From assembly GCA_965223265.1 (NCBI GenBank), contig OZ244999.1, positions 5,568,001 to 5,632,000 on the forward strand: a stretch of 64,000 nucleotides of DNA, in the 5' to 3' direction. Shown piece by piece: positions 9,919 through 19,704 of this stretch. The position numbers and the translations under genes are program-made. The first letter of the stretch is position 1. The number at the start of each line of letters is the position of its first letter. Origin of the DNA: Planctomycetota bacterium. GTDB lineage: Bacteria > Planctomycetota > UBA8108 > SXIK01. The notes below the pieces were generated by a model that was given only the letters and a program-made list of their open reading frames with translations, did no database searches and had not been told where the DNA came from.

Positions 9919-12900
9919 ATGTTTCTGCCCACCCTGCTGAGCGCCGTTCTCACGCTGAACGCCGGCGTCACGACGGACGGAGCGCCGGACTTCCTTGCAC
10001 AGATCGACGCACGGACCCAGTTCGATGCGATCGCCGTCGAAGCCACCAGCCCTTACGCCGCGCGTGTGACGAAGTACTTGCTGCCCGCCCGCGAGGACCC
10101 GGAGCTGCTGGCAACGCTCTTTCAAAACGTCAACCTGCACCGCTTCCACTACGATTTCCTCGTCGCGGTCTTTCCCGATCGCTTCGCCGGGCTGACGTTC
10201 GACGATTACCTCGACTTAGTCATGCGGCGGGTGAGCCGCGACTACTACGCCGGGACGATCACCCACTACTTTGGGCCGACCGGACAGACGTTCGGGTTCA
10301 CGGTGCTCGCCGACGGTGCCGATCCGGGGGAACTCCTCACGCCCGAAGAGGTCAAGTACGTGTACGAGCAGCTTGGGGAGAGTTTCAAGCTCGAGCCCCT
10401 GGAGTACGCCCCGCAGCGGACCGCCGCAATCCTGGAAGCTCGCAGCTGGGTTGACCCCGGCTTTCCCATCCGCGACCGAGGCGATCAGGAACTGCCCGAC
10501 GCGATCGGCTACCACCCTGCAACCAACTACGGCGTAATGCGTCGTTACACCCTCGCGCAGCTCACGGCTGCCGAAGGGGCGGGCGAACTGGACCGGCAGA
10601 CGATCGTGGTCGTCGACGACGTCCCTGAAGACATCGAGACAGCCATCGCCGGCCTGGTCACGGGTGTACCGCAGGGCGAGCTGAGCCATCTCGGGATTCG
10701 ACTCGCGCGCCGCGACGTCCCCAACGTCTTTGTGGACGACGCGATGACTCGCTTCGCGGACGTCGACGGAACCCTCGTGCGCTTCGAAGTCACCGTGGAC
10801 GGCTACGATGTCCGCGCCGCAACGCTCGAAGAGGCCGAGGCCTGGTGGTCGGAGCACCGTCCCAGCTTGCCGCCGATCCCCGCAGTCGACGAGGAATACG
10901 CGGCGTTCGATCGAATCACGGACATCGACCTGGCGTCCGGGGCGGCCGGCGCTCTCAAACTCTTCGGCGGCAAGGCTGCCGGGCTGGCGGCGCTCTACGA
11001 ACACCTGCCGCCGCAGTACCAGACGCCAGGCTTTGCCATCCCCTTTCGCTACTACTTGGAGTTCATCCGCACGAATACAATCCCCTCACTCACGAATCCC
11101 GCCGTCGAGGTCAGCTACGAGGCCTATATCGACGAACTCCTCGCCGACACCCGATTTCGTACTGACGGCGCCTACCGCCGCACAACGCTGGAGGGGCTAC
11201 GCGACCACATGCGCGCGCACGGCGTGGTGCCCGCATCTCTTCTCGATGCGCTGCGCGACAGGATCGTCGAGGTTTTCGCGGATCCGCAGGTGAAGGTGCG
11301 CTTTCGCTCATCCTCGAACGGTGAGGATTCCCCGGAATTCACCGGCGCGGGTCTCTACGATTCGACGTCAGTATGTCTGCCCGATGAGCTCGATGATGAC
11401 AACACGGGACCGTCGCTGTGCGACACGTCGAAACAAAACGAGCGCACCATCGAGCGGGCACTCAAGAAGGTGTGGGCCAGCCTCTGGAACTACCGCGCCT
11501 ACGAAGAGCGGGAGTATTTCCAAATCGACCACCGGCGCGCTGCCATGGGGCTTGTGGTGACGCTGGCTTACCCAGCTGAAGACTCAAACGGCGTCGCCTT
11601 CACCGGCGACCCCGCCAACCGGGAGTCCCCCCACTACGTCATCAACGTCCAGCTTGGTGACGAGAGCGTCGTGCGACCCGGCGTCGGCATCGAGTCGGAA
11701 AAGGACGTCCTAGTGATGGACGGCAGCAGCGTGCGCAAAGTGGTGCGGGCGCGCGCGTCCTCGCTGACAGTGCCCGATCAATACGTGCTCTCTGAAGAGC
11801 AGCTGGATGAACTCGGAGGCGTCCTCGCGTCGGTGCGAGACGGATATCTGAGTCACTACGACTTCGGTGCCCACCCGCCGGGCGACGTTTTGGTCGACTT
11901 CGAATTTAAGTTTCAGGACGGCCAACTCATCGTCAAGCAGGCACGGCCGTTTCTAGTGAGTGACCCCGCTCCCCCGGGACCTGTCTTCGCCATCGATCTC
12001 GATCCCGACCTCTCCATGTGCGCCCTCTTCCAGGATGACCGTTCCGCCTACGACGAGTACCGCTTCAAAAGCCGCATCGAGTTAGCGGAGGGACGCATTG
12101 AACTTCCAGCGCGCTCGGTCTACGTCGTCGCAGACTTCATCGATCGTTTGGAGTTCGGCCCGGAGCAACAGGTTCTCGAGCCGCTGGGTTCAGGACTCTT
12201 CGAGGTGAGTGTGCGCGCGTCGTGCTGTCCCGAAGGTCTGACGTACACTTGGGACTACACGCAGGACTTCGACCTGGACGGTGAACCACTCCGGGTCAGT
12301 CTGTTTAGGTCATTCCGAGTGATCGCCGGCACCCCTGATGAATTCGAGTGGAACGTCGACTCGGTTGCTCTTCGCGGCACCCGCTTGTTCGCGCCGGGAA
12401 TCACCTACGCTCCCTGCGAGTTCGACCATCTGCCGCTCTGGGAGATGTCCGCCGAGCTTGAGGGAGGCGACCGCGTGCGATTTCTCAAGCGATTCGAGGA
12501 GCCGGTGGCGGGCTCGGGTCCTGTGTCCCTGCCGTTCGGTGAGGCTCAGCTGGGTGGTGTGACTTACAGCGAAACAAGCTACTGGCGGCTCGTCTACGCC
12601 GCGGATCATCACAACTTCAACGAGAAGTTCGTGCAGGTGTTCGACACTCCGATCACCGTCGGCGAGACAACGGGCGTCGCGGCGCTCTTTCTTCTCGAAG
12701 AGTTTCGCGGCAGCCCCCCGGCCGCCGCGCTGCTCGACGCGAATTTTAACGTACTGCGCGAGCTTGACGTGATCAGCTACTCCGAGGAGCTTGCGCCACC
12801 TCGCTTCATCCGCGGCGACTGTAACGACGACGGCGCGGTCGACATCTCTGATGGCATCTTCCATCTCAACGCGCTCTTCGTTCCCGGCACGGACGAGCCA

Positions 12901-13080
12901 ACATGCCTCGAGGCGTGCGACACCAACGACGATGACTCAGGCGACATCTCCGACGCCATCTTCACGTTCAACTTTCTCTTTGTCGCCGGAAGTGAAGTGC
13001 CAGCCGCACCACATCCGCTCTGTGGATTGGACCCGGAACCGGAGGCGAGCCTTGGGTGCGGCGGCGTGGCGTGTGACTGA
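9919..13080 (+). CDS. exported PEP/pyruvate-binding (PPDK_N ATP-grasp) dikinase-like protein with a phospho-His domain and C-terminal dockerin-like domain
   Basis: signal peptide MFLPTLLSAVLTLNAG; GELSHLGIRLARRDVP; GGKAAGL; RFRSSSNGEDSPEFTGAGLYDS; DFEFK...KQARP; FIRGDCNDDGAVDISD. Confidence 0.8.
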   Translation: MFLPTLLSAVLTLNAGVTTDGAPDFLAQIDARTQFDAIAVEATSPYAARVTKYLLPAREDPELLATLFQNVNLHRFHYDFLVAVFPDRFAGLTFDDYLDLVMRRVSRDYYAGTITHYFGPTGQTFGFTVLADGADPGELLTPEEVKYVYEQLGESFKLEPLEYAPQRTAAILEARSWVDPGFPIRDRGDQELPDAIGYHPATNYGVMRRYTLAQLTAAEGAGELDRQTIVVVDDVPEDIETAIAGLVTGVPQGELSHLGIRLARRDVPNVFVDDAMTRFADVDGTLVRFEVTVDGYDVRAATLEEAEAWWSEHRPSLPPIPAVDEEYAAFDRITDIDLASGAAGALKLFGGKAAGLAALYEHLPPQYQTPGFAIPFRYYLEFIRTNTIPSLTNPAVEVSYEAYIDELLADTRFRTDGAYRRTTLEGLRDHMRAHGVVPASLLDALRDRIVEVFADPQVKVRFRSSSNGEDSPEFTGAGLYDSTSVCLPDELDDDNTGPSLCDTSKQNERTIERALKKVWASLWNYRAYEEREYFQIDHRRAAMGLVVTLAYPAEDSNGVAFTGDPANRESPHYVINVQLGDESVVRPGVGIESEKDVLVMDGSSVRKVVRARASSLTVPDQYVLSEEQLDELGGVLASVRDGYLSHYDFGAHPPGDVLVDFEFKFQDGQLIVKQARPFLVSDPAPPGPVFAIDLDPDLSMCALFQDDRSAYDEYRFKSRIELAEGRIELPARSVYVVADFIDRLEFGPEQQVLEPLGSGLFEVSVRASCCPEGLTYTWDYTQDFDLDGEPLRVSLFRSFRVIAGTPDEFEWNVDSVALRGTRLFAPGITYAPCEFDHLPLWEMSAELEGGDRVRFLKRFEEPVAGSGPVSLPFGEAQLGGVTYSETSYWRLVYAADHHNFNEKFVQVFDTPITVGETTGVAALFLLEEFRGSPPAAALLDANFNVLRELDVISYSEELAPPRFIRGDCNDDGAVDISDGIFHLNALFVPGTDEPTCLEACDTNDDDSGDISDAIFTFNFLFVAGSEVPAAPHPLCGLDPEPEASLGCGGVACD

Positions 13081-13309
13081 GCGCTGACGACGGAGTCCGC
13101 GTTCAGTGCAAGGACACGAGCGGCAATTCAGGGTCATGCCGCCGGTTCGGTTCTTCACTGCGTGGCGCTCGCTCCTGTCCCCCTGCCGAAATACCTGAAG
13201 GGGCATCTCGACAATCGAATAGAGAAATCGCCGCGGAGTACGTAGCCTATCAGGATCATTCGGTTCAGGGGTCAATCTCGCGTGTCCATCCCAAACGGAG
13301 ATAGGTAGA

Positions 13310-14404
13310 ATGTCCGTTCATGCCAGCCGCGCGGCGCTCGTGTCGATTCTTCTCGGAGCTAGCGGAATCCCTAGCGTATCGGCCCAGGACTTCGTGCGAG
13401 GGGACGCCAACGGCGACGGTCTGATCACCGCGGCGGACGGGCACTTCATCCACATGTACCTCTTTCGCGGCGGACACGAGCCCGCCTGCCTGAAAGCTGC
13501 GGACGCGGACGATTCGGGCCATGTGGATCACGCCGATGGAGTGTTCGTGTTCCACTTCGCGGTCTTCGGCACGGAAGCGATGCCCGCCCCGGGACCGGCG
13601 GTCGGACCTGACCCAACGGACGACGAATTGACTTGTCTGGCCTACGGTGGAGGGTCGCCCACCAGCGACCCCGATTCAAAGATGGAGATCGTCGATGCGA
13701 CAGCGGTGGTCGGAGGGTCGGCGACGATCTCACTGCGAGCGACGTACTCCGATTTTCTCGGTGGGTACTCGGGAACGATCATCGACGAAGCTGGAGTGCT
13801 GGCCGATTCTGCCAACGACCTCGCGGTTGACCCGACGCCGCTCACCATCGAAAACCTCGGCCCTATCGACAGGAACAACCAGCCGCCTTTCCTGGCTGCG
13901 CGACTGCACGACGGGAAGCTCCGGTTCGGCTGCAACGTCGCGATCGGAAATTCATCGTTTTTGCCCGGGAGCGACGTTTCGCTCGTGTCGATCACCATCC
14001 CGCTCCGCAGCGACACGGTACCGGGTCAGTACGAACTCACGCTCGATGCCGCCGAGTTGATCCACCTCGACGACGGCTCGATCCAGCCCACTGTCGCTTC
14101 GGGTGTCCTCGAGGTCTTGCCCACTCGAAGCTTCCGTCGCGGCGACTGCAACGATGACGGTGCGGTCGACATCTCCGACGCCATCTTCACGCTCGGGTCC
14201 CTGTTCCTTGACGATGGAATCCCGAGCTGCGACGACGCCTGCGATTCCAACGACGACGGCGCGGTGGACATCTCCGACGCCATCGCGACCCTCGGAGTGC
14301 TATTCCTCGGAGACGGAGTGATCCCGCTCCCTGGAATGAACGATTGTGGTGTCGATCTGACTGACGATCCGATCGGCTGCGACGCCGTGGAGCGGTGTCC
14401 GTAG
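13310..14404 (+). CDS. secreted dockerin - cohesin-like beta-sandwich - dockerin protein
   Basis: signal peptide; FVRGDANGDG...DADDSG and FRRGDCNDDG...DSNDDG duplicated Ca-loop modules flank a ~150-aa beta-rich domain. Confidence 0.7.
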   Translation: MSVHASRAALVSILLGASGIPSVSAQDFVRGDANGDGLITAADGHFIHMYLFRGGHEPACLKAADADDSGHVDHADGVFVFHFAVFGTEAMPAPGPAVGPDPTDDELTCLAYGGGSPTSDPDSKMEIVDATAVVGGSATISLRATYSDFLGGYSGTIIDEAGVLADSANDLAVDPTPLTIENLGPIDRNNQPPFLAARLHDGKLRFGCNVAIGNSSFLPGSDVSLVSITIPLRSDTVPGQYELTLDAAELIHLDDGSIQPTVASGVLEVLPTRSFRRGDCNDDGAVDISDAIFTLGSLFLDDGIPSCDDACDSNDDGAVDISDAIATLGVLFLGDGVIPLPGMNDCGVDLTDDPIGCDAVERCP

Positions 14405-14501
14405 CCGACGGTGGGTGAGCGTTTAGCTACGAGCCGGACGTCGACTCTCTCGATCGCCGTCCGCCGGACGACCAGAATACAAACTCGACCGACCTCTTAG
14501 C

Positions 14502-14686
14502 TTAGCAGCCCGCCTGAAAAAGTCATTCGGCCGAGAAACTGGCCTCTTCACGCCCAGCTCGACGGCGTCAATACTCGCCGTATGCCTTATAGAAGAGGGC
14601 TCGGAGATTACCTGCATTTGCCGCAGCCGATCTGGACGCGAAGAGACCAGTTTTCCGCTCGAAGCACTTCTTCAACAGGCTGTTAG
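14502..14686. mobile_element. non-autonomous MITE with IS5/IS1182-like ends
   Basis: TTAG|CAGCCCGCCTGAAAAAG ... CTTCTTCAACAGGCTG|TTAG; internal inverted repeat aaactggcctcttcacgcccagctcg / cgatctggacgcgaagagaccagttt. Confidence 0.65.
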
Positions 14687-14924
14687 ATCAGGCCAGAGTG
14701 TCAGACGCGAACAACTCCCTCGCGACGCCGGAGTCGTTTTTCAGAAGCCGGTGCTGGGGGTTGCATGTACAGTGAGTGGGCACAGCGACGCCCCGCCAGT
14801 TTTTTCCGACGTGCAACGGTCTCAACGATAAACTTGGGACAAGCAGACTCGGACCGGGACGCGGAGACGCAGACTCGTGCGGCACGCGCGGTGTGCCCGG
14901 CGCAAAGAGAAGGAGGATCAGCCG

Positions 14925-15821
14925 ATGAAACTCGGAGCGGTTCTTGCTGGTAGTGCGCTTCTCCTCGGGGCGGCCGTGGTCGCCGCCGTGGCGGTCAACA
15001 ACGGTGAAAACGCCGCCAGCGTTCCGGCGGCGAGCTCGATCGAGCTCGCTCAATTGGCGGGCGAAGTGGAGAAGCTCAAGGAACGACAATCGGAGTTATG
15101 GGAGCGGATCGCAGAGCTCGAAGAGTCCCGACCCTCTTCTCCTTCCCCGGGCCCGGTGACAGCCGACGCAGTCCCCGCTGTCGCGCAGGCAGAGGAAATC
15201 GAGGCGTCCGCCGATGAGGCAGAGCTCATTCTTGGCGAAGCGCTCGACGTTATCCTCAGCGACGCCCCGCACAGTGAGCAGCAACAAGAGTGGAGGCGGC
15301 TTGCGCAAGCGGGGCTTCTCGACCAGGCAGTTGCAGCGATCGAAGAGTACGCGACCGAGCATCCCAATGATCCCAACGCTCAAACGGACCTGGGACACGC
15401 GTTCATCCAAAAGGTCCTTGCCGTGAACGACCTCGAAAAAGGCCTCTGGGCGATGAAAGCCCACGGTGCGTACGATAAGGCGCTGGCTCTCGACGATCAC
15501 CACTGGGAGGCACGGTTCTCCAAAGCCATGAGCTTCGCCTTCGCGCCGCTTGCTTTTGGCCTCCAGCCCAAAGCCGTCGAGCACCTCGAGATTCTACGAG
15601 CGCAGCAGCAAGAACAGCCGCCGCAGGAGCACTTCGCGCAGACATACACGGTCCTCGGCAATCTCTACCAGAACATGGGGCAGCCGGAAAAGGCGCGGGG
15701 TGCGTGGAACGAGGGCCTCGAGCTGTTTCCAGAGAACAGCGAACTGAGCGAGAAGCTTGAGACGATTTCAAAGGGCCAGGTCGTGGACCAACAATCCCAA
15801 GGTACAACGACACCGAGATGA
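14925..15821 (+). CDS. membrane-anchored TPR protein
   Basis: AGGAGG RBS; N-terminal hydrophobic helix, coiled coil, C-terminal TPRs. Confidence 0.75.
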   Translation: MKLGAVLAGSALLLGAAVVAAVAVNNGENAASVPAASSIELAQLAGEVEKLKERQSELWERIAELEESRPSSPSPGPVTADAVPAVAQAEEIEASADEAELILGEALDVILSDAPHSEQQQEWRRLAQAGLLDQAVAAIEEYATEHPNDPNAQTDLGHAFIQKVLAVNDLEKGLWAMKAHGAYDKALALDDHHWEARFSKAMSFAFAPLAFGLQPKAVEHLEILRAQQQEQPPQEHFAQTYTVLGNLYQNMGQPEKARGAWNEGLELFPENSELSEKLETISKGQVVDQQSQGTTTPR

Positions 15822-15919
15822 GTGAGTCCAATCTGGTCTACCATTCACTTGGACTGACGTGTTCGCACGCCTCATCGGCCGATTATTGACAAGATTCATT
15901 CCGAAGGGATCCCTCAAAA

Positions 15920-17215
15920 ATGTTCCGACGACGAAGCGTACCGCTGTATTCTTCGAGGTCTCGCCTGACGAGTACCCTCTTGACGATTCTCTCCCTGTCC
16001 ACCTCTTGCGCTGCTCAGCTCGGTGCTGCCGATTGGCCGCAGTGGCGCGGCCCGCAGCACAGCGGCATCTCCATCGAGACAACCTGGAGCGCTGATTGGA
16101 GCGCCGGCCCGCCGCAGGCGATCTGGGAAGCGGCGGTCGGCATCGGCTTCGCGTCGGTGGCGGTCGCCGAGGGACGTCTCGTCACAGCTGGTCACGCGGA
16201 CGGGAAGGACACGGTCTGGTGCTTGAGCACGTCCACCGGCGAGGTTCTCTGGACGCACCGCTACGCCTGCCCGATCTGGGACCGTCAGCACGAAGGAGGC
16301 CCCGGAGCTACACCCGCGATCGCCGACCGACGCGTCTACACTCTCAGCCGTGAAGGGCACCTCTTCTGCCTCGACATGCGGACCGGTGCGGTCCACTGGC
16401 AGACGAACGTGCGTCAGCGGTACAACGTCGCGCCGCGGCCGTCCGAACCGCAAAAGGACTACGGCTACACGGGTTCGCCCCTCGTCGCAGGTCGGCTGCT
16501 CGTCGTGCCCGTCGGTGGCAAGAACGCCAACACCGTAGCGTTCGATCGCATGTCGGGGGCGGAGGTCTGGGCCTCGGGCAACGAGTCGGGGCAGACGGGC
16601 GCCGGCTACGCAACGCCGGTTGCGTTCTCGTGGAAGGGCGTCGATTACCTCGCGATCTTTTCGCTCAAGGAGCTTGAGGTGCTCGAGCTGAAAAGCGGGC
16701 GTCGCCGAACGCTCTTTCCCTGGCCAACGTCATACGGGGTGAACGCCGTGACGCCGTGCATCGAGGAGAACCGCATCTACATCGCGTCCGATTTCGGCTC
16801 CGGCATTGCGGGGATTGAGTTCGACGGGTCCACTCTGCGCGAACTCTTCCGCCGCAACGATGTCCTCTGTAAGTTTACGAACCCGATTCTACGCGGCGGT
16901 TCCATCTACGCTACGACGACAGCCGGGGTGTTCAAGTGCATCGACGCGACGAGCGGCGAGCTGCGCTGGCAACACCGTAGCCTCCCTAATGCCTCGCTCC
17001 TCCTAGCGGGCGACCGATTCCTCTGCCTGGGAGATCGCGGCAACCTCATCGCCGCGGAGATGAACGCTCAGGGCTATCGGGAAATCGCCCGCACTCAGGT
17101 CCTCGACGGTCGCTGCTGGACGCCCCCCGTACTCGCGAACGGCATCCTCTACGTGCGTAACGCGGCAGGCAAACTCCGCGCACTCGACGTCACCTCGCCC
17201 GGATCAAGCCAATAG
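15920..17215 (+). CDS. PQQ-binding-like beta-propeller protein (BamB-like)
   Basis: DWPQWRGP N-terminus, repeated GEVLW/GAVHW/GELRW, WTPPVLANGILYVRN. Confidence 0.85.
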   Translation: MFRRRSVPLYSSRSRLTSTLLTILSLSTSCAAQLGAADWPQWRGPQHSGISIETTWSADWSAGPPQAIWEAAVGIGFASVAVAEGRLVTAGHADGKDTVWCLSTSTGEVLWTHRYACPIWDRQHEGGPGATPAIADRRVYTLSREGHLFCLDMRTGAVHWQTNVRQRYNVAPRPSEPQKDYGYTGSPLVAGRLLVVPVGGKNANTVAFDRMSGAEVWASGNESGQTGAGYATPVAFSWKGVDYLAIFSLKELEVLELKSGRRRTLFPWPTSYGVNAVTPCIEENRIYIASDFGSGIAGIEFDGSTLRELFRRNDVLCKFTNPILRGGSIYATTTAGVFKCIDATSGELRWQHRSLPNASLLLAGDRFLCLGDRGNLIAAEMNAQGYREIARTQVLDGRCWTPPVLANGILYVRNAAGKLRALDVTSPGSSQ

Positions 17216-17421
17216 ATCGATGCCGGCGATGGGTGTCGCAGAGACCTCGTCCGACATCTGAACCGCGACGCCCGCTCTTGATTTCGCCCCGCTTCAGGAT
17301 GCGAACGCTGCGCGTCGACACTAGCGGATCTCTGTGTGAGGCGATCCGGTAGCCCACTGCTCGGATCTCTTTGCCGTTCTGAATAGAGGCGGAGGATGTA
17401 ACATATCGCGAGGGAAGCATC

Positions 17422-17829
17422 GTGCTGGGGTATCACCACATGGGTGGTGTCCAAGACAACGAAGGTCGCTACGGGGAGTTTAGGTTCGTGTGCGTCGGTG
17501 ATGTGATGAACACAACAGACGGCGACGAGTGCCTTCCTCCGCGCTTCCTGCGAGGCGAGTGCAATGACGACGGTGCGATCGACATTGCCGACGCGGTTTG
17601 CATCCTGAATTGGCGTTTTTCGGGCACGGAGACTCCCGGCTGCGTGGCCGCGACGAACGTCAACGGCGACGAGGTCGTCGACCTTTCGGACGCGGTCTGG
17701 CTGCTCAACTACCTGTTCGTCGGCGGTTTCCCTCCTCCGGTCGCGCCGTATCCCGACTGCGGGTCCGGGTGGTTGGTAGCTGACAGCGAGCTGGGGTGTC
17801 TGACGGCGCCCAAGGTCTGCCAGCCCTGA
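17422..17829 (+). pseudogene. orphan dockerin-like module (probable 3' remnant of a secreted-protein gene)
   Basis: FLRGECNDDGAIDIAD...NVNGDEVVDLSD...LGC; no signal peptide or cargo domain. Confidence 0.55.
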
Positions 17830-18326
17830 AAGCGTCGCGGAGAACCGCTGCGTTCGTCCGTCAGATCGGCGCCAAGATTCTCCCTGCTCGAGTCGGAGAT
17901 CAAGCTTCCGACCTGAACAGATCCCGCCAGCGAATCGCGCCGAACGTCATTTGGAAGAGAAACCCACGAAAAGCGGCGATCTCTGACTTTAACTGGAGTT
18001 TGACGCCTACAAAAAAACGGCGAGTAGGACGGCGAATGCTGCGTCAATAGCGGTGTTTCGAGACGCGGCGGCACGCGAAGCATACTTCACCATACGTGAG
18101 CATCGCCGACCGAGTCGCGTTTCCTGCCGTCACTTTCTTCGCAGACGTTGAGGTCTGAGACCAATGAATCGTCTGCGAAGATTCAGACGTCGAATCTGAT
18201 CTCCAACGACCCCGTGGAAATCTCTTCCGCGATAGCTGAAGATACATGCAGTGATAGAGACTGCTCCCTGCGGCGGGCCGCCGGATCGTCCCGCGGCGTA
18301 GTGGACGAAACGACAAGGAACTTGCG

Positions 18327-18533
18327 ATGGATTTGAAGGTCATTCTGGAACCTGGAGAGGACGGCGGCTTCGTCGCGCACGTTCCCGCCCTGCGAGGATG
18401 TTGGTCACAAGGACGGACGCGCGACGATGCAGTTCAGAACGTCAAGGGAGCGATCAAAGCTTGGCTCGAGGTCGAGCAGGACAAAGCTGACACGAGCGAC
18501 AAGGGTGGAGAGATCGAACTGGTGCAGGTGTAG
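18327..18533 (+). CDS. hicB: type II TA antitoxin, HicB family
   Basis: VILEPGEDGGFVAHVPALRGCWSQGRTRDDAVQNVKGAI. Confidence 0.85.
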   Translation: MDLKVILEPGEDGGFVAHVPALRGCWSQGRTRDDAVQNVKGAIKAWLEVEQDKADTSDKGGEIELVQV

Positions 18534-18553
18534 CCTGTAAGGAGGCCGGCCAC

Positions 18554-18778
18554 ATGCCGAAGCTCCCGGTGATCAGTGGACGGCAGGCAAGGCGTGCCTT
18601 CGAGCAAGCCGGCTGGGTATTCAATCGCCAGCGAGGGAGCCACATGGTACTCGTCAAGTCGGGCGCTCGATTCAACCTGACGATCCCCGACCACAGGGAG
18701 CTGGACAGAGGCCTCCTGCGCGGCTTGATCCGCGACGCTGGCCTGACAGTCGACGAGTTTGTGGCCTTGTTGGACTGA
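18554..18778 (+). CDS. hicA: type II TA toxin, HicA family mRNase
   Basis: MPKLPVISG...RQRGSH...IPDHREL..GLLRGLIRDAGLTVDEF; AGGAGG RBS. Confidence 0.9.
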   Translation: MPKLPVISGRQARRAFEQAGWVFNRQRGSHMVLVKSGARFNLTIPDHRELDRGLLRGLIRDAGLTVDEFVALLD

Positions 18779-19084
18779 CAGCCCCCCATGGTGCCTCGAG
18801 GTATCACGATCTGTCGACTCGCCGAGCCCGACGCAACCCACGAAAGCCGTATCAACTTCGTCGAGAATTCGACCCTTTCGACGGATCGTCTCTCCGCTGA
18901 AGGCGCCGCGGAATCCGGGTTTGGGAGACGTGATCCGCTTCGACGAAAGGCTCGTTGGAGGACGTAGCGTTCACCGTGTGAGTCCACAAGGCGCCGTTAG
19001 TTAGGCTACATACCAAAGACTCTCTGAGTCTTTTTTCGCAGAATTCGCGAGACTTTTGAGCGTCTCGAGCGATCTGTGGCTGAC

Positions 19085-19704
19085 ATGATCGATGAAACGC
19101 GTCGAAGACAACAGATCGAACGGGCTCGCAGCGGTGACCAAGCGGCGCTCGAGGAGCTGTTCGCGCCGCTCCGAGAGCGTTTGCTCGCGACGATCCGCGC
19201 TCGCCTGAGTCCGCCGGTGCGGCGAAGTGTCGACCCTGAGGATGTCCTCCAGGACACTTTCATCCGAGCGCTTCACTCACTGAAGCGTTTCGAGTGGAGA
19301 GGAGAGGAGAGGAGTCGCTCCGCCGCTGGCTATAATCCATCGCGACCCACGTGGCGCTGGATGCGGCCCGGCATCAAGGCCGACGGAAAGTGCTACAAAT
19401 CGACCGGGACATCACCGGCGCGGCTCCGTCTCCGAGCAAGACGCTGCGGAGAGCGGAGCGATTCGAGCGTCTGAGAAAGTCGATGGAGACATTAGCTGAG
19501 GACTACCAGACCGTCCTCAAGCTCTCGCGCATCGAAGGCTGTTCGCTGAAGGAAATCGCGGCGCGAATGGACGGATCTGAAAGCGCCGTCAAGAATCTCC
19601 TGCTACGGGCGACGAGGCAGCTCAAACGATCTTTCGGCGATACCGAGAGCCTGAACCTTGGTGACGAGCATTTCGAAGGTGAGGGTGATTCAGATGCTCT
19701 CTGA
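19085..19704 (+). pseudogene. ECF sigma-70 factor, frameshifted and with an internal stop
   Basis: region 2 (DPEDVLQDTF) and region 4 (SLKEIAARM..SESAVKNLLLRA) lie in different frames; extra GGAGA unit at 19296-19314; TAA at 19333-19335 in the restored frame. Confidence 0.8.

Noticed and set aside
9919-13080. Annotation as ordinary PEP synthase (ppsA) or rifampicin phosphotransferase
   Set aside because: Different domain order, no PEP-binding barrel, signal peptide and dockerin present
19296-19314. Active phase-variation switch in the sigma gene
   Set aside because: The in-frame TAA at 19333 prevents restoration by repeat contraction alone
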